This document shows positions 56,860 to 64,000 of a DNA stretch of 64,000 nt, one piece after another (position 1 is the stretch's first letter; each line of letters opens with the position of its first letter). A program made the translations under genes and the position numbers. The notes under the pieces are model-generated. The model worked only from the letters and a program-made list of their open reading frames with translations. It was not told the DNA's origin and made no database searches. Origin of the DNA: an uncultured Gemmatimonadales bacterium (lineage in GTDB: Bacteria; Gemmatimonadota; Gemmatimonadetes; Longimicrobiales; Longimicrobiaceae); assembly GCA_963716255.1 (NCBI GenBank), contig OY970303.1:6336001-6400000 (forward strand). The letters are read 5' to 3'.

Positions 56860-57705
56860 TTGAGCCTGAAGGACACGCTTCTCGACCTGTTCGGCTTCGT
56901 GCCGCCTTCGCCCCCCTCGCCTCCGGCGGCGGGGGCGAAGTCCAATGCGCAGCCGCCGCCGCGGCCCGCGCCGTCGAAGCCCGCAGGCGACCCGCCGTCC
57001 CGGCCGCGGCCCCGGAGGCGCGCCGCGGCGCCTGCCGCGCCGGCGCCTGGCTCCGGCGCTGGCGTCGTGCGCGACGAGGAGGCGGTGCTCGCGGTGGTCA
57101 GGAAGGCGGGAGGCGCCTTCCGGCGCGTGGTGTTCACGCGCAACCGGCGGGTGATGGCGTCGGTGGCGGAGGGCGGCGCGGCGCTGCGGCTCAACGCCGC
57201 GTTCGCCGGCGCGCCGGAGGCGGTGCTGGCGGCGGTGGCCGTGCTGTTCTCCGCGCGGGAGCGGCGGCGGCGCGCGGCGGCGCGCGAGACCGTGCGGCGG
57301 TTCATCCGGGAGCTGCCGGCCGCTCCCGCGGCCGCGCGCAGGGCGCGCCGCGTCCCCGCCGCCGACCGGCCGCACCTGGAGCGCCTGCGCGCCGAGTTCG
57401 ACCGAGTCAACCGGGAGCACTTCGGCGGCGAGCTCCCCGGGGTGCCCCTCTTCCTCAGCGGGCGCATGAAGAGCCGCAACGGGCACTTCTCGTCGCACCC
57501 GCTGGAGATCGTCATCTCGCGCCGGCTGTGCACCCACGCCCAGGACGGCGAGGCCGAGCGCACGCTCCGCCACGAGATGATCCACCTGTGGCAGCACGCC
57601 GCCGGCGGCAGGCCCGACCACGGCCGCGAATTCCGTGCGTGGGCCCACCGCCTGGGCGTTCATCCCCGCGCCACGCGTCCCGTCGCGTGGAAACGCGGCT
57701 CGTAA
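56860..57705 (+). CDS. SprT-like zinc metalloprotease
   Basis: TLRHEMIH...DHGREF motif; start uncertain. Confidence 0.78.
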   Translation: MSLKDTLLDLFGFVPPSPPSPPAAGAKSNAQPPPRPAPSKPAGDPPSRPRPRRRAAAPAAPAPGSGAGVVRDEEAVLAVVRKAGGAFRRVVFTRNRRVMASVAEGGAALRLNAAFAGAPEAVLAAVAVLFSARERRRRAAARETVRRFIRELPAAPAAARRARRVPAADRPHLERLRAEFDRVNREHFGGELPGVPLFLSGRMKSRNGHFSSHPLEIVISRRLCTHAQDGEAERTLRHEMIHLWQHAAGGRPDHGREFRAWAHRLGVHPRATRPVAWKRGS

Positions 57706-57779
57706 CCGGCGCCTTGCCGCGCCGCTGCGGCAGCGGCTACCTTGCGCCACCTCGATCCCCCCTGACCCGGAGCACACGA

Positions 57780-59774
57780 ATGTCGCGAAGGCTCGGCGCC
57801 GCCGCAGCAGCACTCCTCGTCCTGCTGCCGGGGTGCGTTGCCCCCCGCAGCGCCCCCGTGCCCGCCCGCATCGGCATCGCGGCGGAGCCCGCCGCGGTCC
57901 TCGCCCCCGGCACCCCGGGGCGACCCGTCCCGTCCGCCGTCGTCCCGCCCTTCGGGTTCCAGGAGGCCGTCGCGGCCGGCACCCGCACCGCGACCGGCGC
58001 TCCCGGGCCGCGCTACTGGAGCCAGTGGGCCGACTACCGGCTCACCGCCTCGCTCGACACCGGGCGCAAGCGGCTCTCCGGCACCGCGCGCATCACCTAC
58101 CACAACCGCTCGCCCGACACCCTCGCCGTCGTCTACCTCCACCTGTACCACAACTACAGCGCCCCCGGCGCGGTCCGCAACGACGACGCCGAGGACCCCG
58201 TGGGCGGCGTCACCCTGACCCGCTTCGCCGCGCAGGGGCGGACGCTGCGCGAGGACGACGGCTACTCCGTGAACGGCACCACCATGCGGGTGCGCCTCCC
58301 GCGCCCCCTGGCCCCCGGCGACACCCTGCCGATGGAGGCCGAGTGGTCGTTCCCCATCTCGCAGAACCTCGCCGAGCGCGCCGGGTGGGACGAGGACAAC
58401 CTGTTCTTTTTGGCGTACTTCTACCCGCAGGTGGCGGTGTACGACGACGTCGCCGGGTGGCACACCGACCAGCACCGGGGGCTCGCCGAGTTCTACGCCG
58501 GCTTCGGCAGCTACGACGTCACGGTCGACGCCCCCGAGGGGTGGGTCGTCTCCGCCACCGGCGAGCTCCGCAACGAGGCCGAGGTGTTCCCCGCGCCGGT
58601 GCTCGAGCGGCTGCGGCGGGCGCGCGGCAGCGACTCCGTGGTGCACGTGCTGACCGCCGCCGACTTCGGCCCCGGGCGCGCCACCCGCGACGTCCCCGGC
58701 GACCGGCTGCGCTGGCACTTCCGGGCCGACAGCGTCCGCGACTTCGCCTTCGGCGCCACCCGCGAGTCCATGTGGGACGCCGTGCGCGCCCCCGTCGGAG
58801 ACGGGCGGGGCGGCTACACCCTCGCCTCCGCCCTGTACCGCGCCCCCGCCACCCGCTGGGTCGGCGCCGCCCGCTACGTCCGGGACGGGGTCGAGCTCGG
58901 CGCGCGGCTCACGGGGTACCCGTACCCCTGGCCGCACATGACCTCCATCGAGGGCGAGGGCATCATCGGCGGGGGGATGGAGTACCCCATGATGACCCTC
59001 ATCGGCGCGCTCGGCGCACCCACCGACGAGCCGCTGTACGGCGTGACCGTGCACGAAGTGCTGCACATGTGGGTGCCCATGATCGTCAGCACCGACGAGA
59101 CCCGCTACGGGTGGATGGACGAGGGGATGACCAACTTCGGGGAGACCACCGCCACCATGGCGCGCTTCCCCCGGCCGGCCGGACAGACGCAGCTCGCCGG
59201 CGAGCAGGGATCCTACCTCGCCCTCGCCAGGGCCGGGGGAGAGGGCGAGATGATCCGCTGGTCCGACTTCCACTACTCGGACCAGGCCTTCAACGTCGCG
59301 TCGTACCCAAAGCCCACCGCCGTGCTGTTCGCGCTGCGCGAGCTCCTGGGCGACGAAGTCTTCAGCCGCGGGTACCAGGCCTTCATCCGCGGCTGGGCGT
59401 TCCGGCAGCCCACCCCGTGGGACTTCTTCAACGCCATGGAAAGCGCCGCCGGACGCGACCTGGACTGGTTCTGGACCCCCTGGTTCTACACCACCTGGAC
59501 GCTGGACCAGGGCGTGGCGGCCGTGACCCGGGACGACGCCGGGACCACGGTGGAGATCCGCGACCTGGGGAACGTGCCCATGCCCGTTCGCGTGCGCATC
59601 ACCCGGGAGAGCGGCGAGACCCTGGACCGCGAGGTCCCGGTGGAGACCTGGCTGGGCGGCGCCCGCGCCGCCACCGTGCGCGTCCCCGCCGGCTCCCCCG
59701 TCGTCCGGGTCGAGATCGACCCGTCCGGCGCCTGGCCCGACATCGACCGCCGGAACAACGTCTGGACCCGCTAG
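57780..59774 (+). CDS. M1-family (gluzincin) metallopeptidase, lipoprotein
   Basis: Lipobox LPGC; GGMEYP and HEVLH...WMDEG motifs. Confidence 0.9.
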   Translation: MSRRLGAAAAALLVLLPGCVAPRSAPVPARIGIAAEPAAVLAPGTPGRPVPSAVVPPFGFQEAVAAGTRTATGAPGPRYWSQWADYRLTASLDTGRKRLSGTARITYHNRSPDTLAVVYLHLYHNYSAPGAVRNDDAEDPVGGVTLTRFAAQGRTLREDDGYSVNGTTMRVRLPRPLAPGDTLPMEAEWSFPISQNLAERAGWDEDNLFFLAYFYPQVAVYDDVAGWHTDQHRGLAEFYAGFGSYDVTVDAPEGWVVSATGELRNEAEVFPAPVLERLRRARGSDSVVHVLTAADFGPGRATRDVPGDRLRWHFRADSVRDFAFGATRESMWDAVRAPVGDGRGGYTLASALYRAPATRWVGAARYVRDGVELGARLTGYPYPWPHMTSIEGEGIIGGGMEYPMMTLIGALGAPTDEPLYGVTVHEVLHMWVPMIVSTDETRYGWMDEGMTNFGETTATMARFPRPAGQTQLAGEQGSYLALARAGGEGEMIRWSDFHYSDQAFNVASYPKPTAVLFALRELLGDEVFSRGYQAFIRGWAFRQPTPWDFFNAMESAAGRDLDWFWTPWFYTTWTLDQGVAAVTRDDAGTTVEIRDLGNVPMPVRVRITRESGETLDREVPVETWLGGARAATVRVPAGSPVVRVEIDPSGAWPDIDRRNNVWTR

Positions 59775-59860
59775 GTAGCACCCGGCGGGAGCTCGCTCCC
59801 CGCGGGGCGGCCGCCCGGGCCGCCCCGCTTTCCCGTACACCAGCCCGGAGCCCCGACACC

Positions 59861-61465
59861 TTGGCCAACACAGGCTCGCGCGGTCCGCGGACCGCCCTCC
59901 CGCTCGCCCTGCTCGCGCTCGCCGGGTGCGCCGCCGGCACGCCCGCCGCCGGTCCCGCGGCCACCGGCCCCACGCCGGCCGCCCCCGCGCCCGCGGGCGC
60001 ATCCTTCGGCGCGCCCATCACCGCCGAGGAGATCCGCGCGCGGCTCGGCGTCGTCGCCAACGACTCCATGCGCGGCCGCGAGACCGGCACCCCCGGCGCC
60101 CGCATGGCCGCAGACTACATCGTGCGCGAGCTCACCCGCATGGGCGTCCGCCCCGCCGGCGACGGCGGCACCTACCTGGCGCGCGTCCCGCTGGTGCAGG
60201 GCGGCGCGAGCATCGAAGCGTCCGCCCGCACCTCCCGCGGCGAGGCGGCGCTCGGCGCCGCCGACCTGGCGCTGCTTTCCGGGCTCAGCGACGCCCCGCC
60301 GAGCCCCCGTCCCACCGGGGAGGGTCCCATCGTGTTCGGCGGCTACCAGGCCGACCCCACCGTCACCCCCGCCCAGGAGCTGCGCCCCGAGCAGCTGCGC
60401 GGCGCAGTACTCGTCCTCCGCTACGGCGCCCCGGAGGGAGTCACCGCCGCGGGCGAGCGCTACGACCTGAGCCAGCTCTGGGCCCCCGCGAGCCCCGTGG
60501 CCGCCGTGCTGCTGGTGAACGAGGGCGGCCTCATGCAGCAGGCGTGGGACTACCTGCACCAGGACACCGGGCTGCGGCTGGACACCGGCGCGCAGCCGTC
60601 CCAGTCGGGCGGCGGCCCCCCCGTGTTCATCGTCTCGCCCGCCGCCGCCGAGCGGCTGCTGGGCGGCCCGCTCAGCCGGAAGCCGCGCGCCGGGCTGGGC
60701 ACCTTCCGCTGGCGCGTGCGCGAGGGCGAGGGCCGGGTGGACGCGTGGAACGTGGTGGGCGTCCTCCCGGGGAGCGACCCCGCCCGCGCCAGCGAGTACG
60801 TGGCCGTGGGCGCGCACTACGACCACATCGGCATCACCGGGCCGGTGGCCGGCGACTCCATCAACAACGGCGCCGACGACGACGGCAGCGGCACCGTCGC
60901 CGTGCTCGCCATCGCCAACCGCTACGCCGCGCTCCCGCAGGCGCAGCGCCCCGCCCGGTCGCTGCTCTTCGTGTGGCACACCGGCGAGGAAGAGGGGCTG
61001 CTGGGCTCCGAGTGGCTCACCGACCACCCCACGGTGCCGCGCGAATCCATCGTCGCCCAGCTCAACATCGACATGATCGGGCGCAACCACCCCGACTCCG
61101 TGTACCTGGTGGGCTCGCGCCGCGTCTCCACCCAGCTGGGGCAGCTGGTCGAGGCCGCCAACGCCCGGCAGGCGCGCCCCATGGGGCTGGACTACACCTT
61201 CGACGCCCCCGGGCACCCGGAGCAGATCTACTGCCGCTCCGACCACTACAACTACGCGCGCTACGGCATCCCCATCACCTTCTTCACCACCGGGCTCCAC
61301 GACGACTACCACAAGCCGTCCGACGAGCTGGACAAGATCGACTTCACCAAGCTGGCGCGGATCACCGGGCTGATCTCCGACATCGTGGGCGAGGTGGCGA
61401 GCGCGCCGGGCCGTCCCGCGGTGGACCAGCCGGTTCCGCCCCTTGGGACTCCGTGTACGCAGTGA
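59861..61465 (+). CDS. M28-family peptidase, lipoprotein
   Basis: Lipobox LAGC; GAHYDH, NGADDDGSG, GEEEGLLGS, NIDMIGR, SDH and DYH motifs. Confidence 0.9.
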   Translation: MANTGSRGPRTALPLALLALAGCAAGTPAAGPAATGPTPAAPAPAGASFGAPITAEEIRARLGVVANDSMRGRETGTPGARMAADYIVRELTRMGVRPAGDGGTYLARVPLVQGGASIEASARTSRGEAALGAADLALLSGLSDAPPSPRPTGEGPIVFGGYQADPTVTPAQELRPEQLRGAVLVLRYGAPEGVTAAGERYDLSQLWAPASPVAAVLLVNEGGLMQQAWDYLHQDTGLRLDTGAQPSQSGGGPPVFIVSPAAAERLLGGPLSRKPRAGLGTFRWRVREGEGRVDAWNVVGVLPGSDPARASEYVAVGAHYDHIGITGPVAGDSINNGADDDGSGTVAVLAIANRYAALPQAQRPARSLLFVWHTGEEEGLLGSEWLTDHPTVPRESIVAQLNIDMIGRNHPDSVYLVGSRRVSTQLGQLVEAANARQARPMGLDYTFDAPGHPEQIYCRSDHYNYARYGIPITFFTTGLHDDYHKPSDELDKIDFTKLARITGLISDIVGEVASAPGRPAVDQPVPPLGTPCTQ

Positions 61466-61488
61466 CGTTCAGCGAGTCTATGACTTAG

Positions 61489-61633
61489 GGGACCGCTACG
61501 GAGCCGGACGATACAGCCGTCCGTCTCCTCCGCGGGCTCCGGGAGCCAGGCCAAACTACCGGCCTGTCTCCCTCCGCCGGGGGGAGCCTCGCCAAACGAC
61601 CGGCGAGTCTCCCCCCGGACAGCTTCATGTGGG
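61489..61633 (-). repeat. Repeat family B, copy 4
   Basis: Reverse complement of the family B layout. Confidence 0.85.
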
Positions 61634-61761
61634 TACGGCGAACTGCAACGGCGGAACGGCGCCCCCTGCGCGCCGGACCCGCGGCCACCTTTCGCCGGTC
61701 CCGCCCCCCGGCTACCTTCCCGGCTCCACCCCAAATCCCCAACTCCGCACCCGGACGCCCC

Positions 61762-63042
61762 GTGAGCCGCACCACCACCGCTCTCGCCGCCGCCTCGTTC
61801 GCCGCGCTCCTCGCCCTCCCCGTGGACGCCCCCGCCCAGGCGGGCCGCGCCCAGGCGCGCCCCCTGCCCGTGCCCGCGGGCAACGCCCGTGTGAGGGAAG
61901 CCCTCGCCTACCTGGAGCGCACCGAGCCGCAGACCATCGAGGAGCAGGTCGCCCTCTGCCAGATCCCCGCGCCCCCGTTCAAGGAGGCCGCGCGCGCCGA
62001 GGAGTTCCGCCGCCGGCTGGCGGCGCAGGGGCTCCGCAACGTGCGCATCGACGCCGAGGGCAACGTCATCGGCGAGCGTCCGGGGGAGGCCGGCGGACCC
62101 ACCCTGGTGGTTTCCGGGCACCTGGACACGGTGTTCCCCGAGGGCACCGACGTCACCGTGAAGCGCGAGGGCACCGTGCTGCGCGGCCCCGGCATCGGCG
62201 ACGACTGCCGCGGGCTGGCCGTGGTGCTCGCCACCGCGCGCGCGCTGGACGCCGCAAAGGTGCGCACCCGCGGCACGGTTCTGTTCGTCGGCACCGTGGG
62301 CGAGGAAGGCGAGGGCGACCTGCGCGGTGTGCGTCACCTGTTCGGCAGCGAGCTCAAGGACCGCGTGGACTACTTCGTGTCCGTGGACGGCACCGGCATC
62401 GGCGTCACCAGGGACGCCGTGGGGAGCCACCGCTACCGCGTCACCTACAAGGGGCCGGGCGGGCACAGCTACGGGTCCTTCGGCATGCCCAACCCCATGC
62501 ACGCGCTGGGGCGCGCCATCGCCACCATCGCCGACTTCCAGGTCCCCGCCGACCCCAAGGTCACCTTCAGCGTGGGCGTGGTGGAGGGCGGCACCTCGGT
62601 CAACTCCATCGCCGCCAGCGCCAGCATGCTGGTGGACATGCGCTCCGTGGACCCCGCCGCGCTCCGGTCGCTGGACGAGCGCTTCCAGCGGGCCATTCGC
62701 GAAGCCCTCGCCGCCGAGAACGCCCGCTGGCGCAGCGACGTGCAGCTCACCGTGCAGGTGGACACCGCCGGCATCCGCCCCGCCGGCACCCAGCCCGCCG
62801 ACGCCCCGGTGGTCCGCGCCGCGCTCGACGCGGCCCGCGCGCTCGGGCTCCAGGCGCCCGTCGGCGCGTCCAGCACCGACGCCAACATCGCCATCAGCAT
62901 GGGCATTCCCGCGGTCACCATCGACGGCGGCGGCTACGGCGGCGGGGCACACGCGCTGGACGAGTGGTTCGACACCCGCGACAGCCACAAGGGCACGCAG
63001 TGGGCGCTTTTGTACGTGGCGACACTTGCCGGGGTTCGTTGA
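61762..63042 (+). CDS. M20/M25/M40-family peptidase, secreted
   Basis: SGHLDTVF, GPGIGDD, GEEG, STDAN and AHALDE motifs. Confidence 0.88.
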   Translation: MSRTTTALAAASFAALLALPVDAPAQAGRAQARPLPVPAGNARVREALAYLERTEPQTIEEQVALCQIPAPPFKEAARAEEFRRRLAAQGLRNVRIDAEGNVIGERPGEAGGPTLVVSGHLDTVFPEGTDVTVKREGTVLRGPGIGDDCRGLAVVLATARALDAAKVRTRGTVLFVGTVGEEGEGDLRGVRHLFGSELKDRVDYFVSVDGTGIGVTRDAVGSHRYRVTYKGPGGHSYGSFGMPNPMHALGRAIATIADFQVPADPKVTFSVGVVEGGTSVNSIAASASMLVDMRSVDPAALRSLDERFQRAIREALAAENARWRSDVQLTVQVDTAGIRPAGTQPADAPVVRAALDAARALGLQAPVGASSTDANIAISMGIPAVTIDGGGYGGGAHALDEWFDTRDSHKGTQWALLYVATLAGVR

Positions 63043-63053
63043 ACGGAACGGCA

Positions 63054-63186
63054 GGTTTGGGTGTGCCCCCGGCTGGCGCCGGGGTCGGGCTTCGGCTCCG
63101 TAACGCAGCAAACAACGCTGCGTAACGGAGTCGAGCCCCGGCAAACTGCGCCGGGTCTCGCCCCTTCGGGCCGAAATCCCTCACGC
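63054..63186 (-). repeat. Repeat family A, copy 8
   Basis: Reverse complement of the family A consensus. Confidence 0.92.
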
Positions 63187-63292
63187 GGGGCTCGCGCTGG
63201 CGTCCGCGGGGGCCCCCACCCGGCTCGCTCAGGCTCGCGCGGCTTTCCCCCTATATCCCCCAATTCTGGGGGAGGGTTTCCTGTCGTTCCGG

Positions 63293-63440
63293 GATCTGCG
63301 CCGGGAGGTCGGGTGAGGGTCCGCAGGCGGTGCGTCTGTTCGAAGCCAGCGTGATCCGGCCCGTACTCGGAGGGCGGGCGAGTGCTCTGCGAGTCCCTTC
63401 GGGTGTCGCACCGCCGGAAGAGCCTCGCCCGGCCGACCCC
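63293..63440 (+). repeat. Repeat family D, copy 2
   Basis: Matches copy 1, with one extra internal hairpin insert. Confidence 0.85.
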
Positions 63441-63543
63441 TTGCTCGGGACCCGCCGCAGCGCGCCGCAGTCGATCTCGCCCCGCCAGGATCTCTCCGGA
63501 GCCCGGGCCGCAGGATTCCCGACCGGGCCCGTCCCGCCGCGAT

Positions 63544-63572
63544 TTGACAGCCAATCCGCCGCGCGTTATCAG
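63544..63572 (+). promoter_or_regulatory. Putative promoter of the TonB-dependent receptor gene
   Basis: TTGACA-N17-TATCAG. Confidence 0.4.
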
Positions 63573-63713
63573 TGCACCGGGGCCACGCGGCCGCCTCCCC
63601 GGCGGGCGCGCCCCCATGCTTCCTCCACCCCCACCCGGGAGGCACGCCCCACCCTACGCTCTCCGTTCGCACCGTCCGTCTCCAGAGTCGTCACCCCACC
63701 CAGGAGGACAGCG

Positions 63714-64000
63714 ATGGGCCACTTCACACGGGCAAGGCTGGCGCTGGCCGCCGCCGCGGTCGCGGCGCTGCTCGGCGGCGGCGTGCCGCCGCTGCACGCA
63801 CAGGCCACGGGCAGCGTCAGCGGCAGGGTCACCGAGACCGGGAGCCAGCGGCCGCTGGCGGGCGCGCAGGTGAGCGTCCCCGGCACCGGGCGCCGGGCGA
63901 TCACCAGCACGAGCGGCGAGTACACCCTCGCCTCAGTCCCCTCCGGGCCGCAGGACGTGCGGGTGGAGCTGATCGGGTACGGCACCGCCGAGCGGCGGGT
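63714..64000 (+). CDS. TonB-dependent receptor/SusC-like protein, N-terminal part (runs off the right edge)
   Basis: AGGAGG RBS, signal peptide and carboxypeptidase-regulatory-like domain GSVSGRVT...PLAGAQV...IGY. Confidence 0.75.
   Translation, partial: MGHFTRARLALAAAAVAALLGGGVPPLHAQATGSVSGRVTETGSQRPLAGAQVSVPGTGRRAITSTSGEYTLASVPSGPQDVRVELIGYGTAERR

Noticed and set aside
55248..61465. 1508-aa and 1276-aa overlapping ORFs
   Set aside because: Stop-poor alternative frames upstream of the true M1 and M28 starts.

Overview
A very GC-rich bacterial chromosomal segment. Gene content and style resemble Gemmatimonadota (Longimicrobium-like); this is an impression only. From left to right it holds: the 5' part of a minus-strand NRPS (C-A-MT-T-C...), a coupled flavin amino-acid oxidase and TPP keto-acid decarboxylase, nnrD and a histidine phosphatase, dtd, maf and glpK. 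Next come an S8 protease with a free propeptide-like paralogue, a ccm operon with a CxxxY-type CcmE, and sodA. Then follows an uncharacterised cassette: AraC-like regulator, two paralogous secreted 4-Cys peptides, a thioredoxin-fold protein, a beta-propeller and a DUF2911-like protein. The rest contains ltaE, recA, two kup genes, a TonB-like gene, SDR/TetR, a lower-GC islet (TA pair plus orphan gene flanked by attC-like sites), alaS, asparaginase, cca, two CorC/HlyC genes, an MqnC-like radical SAM enzyme, a peptidase cluster and the start of a TonB-dependent receptor. Intergenic spaces carry mosaic repeats whose hairpins show clear compensatory base changes. Two genes have single-base frameshifts in G runs, probably sequencing errors. 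No rRNA, tRNA, CRISPR array or transposase was seen.
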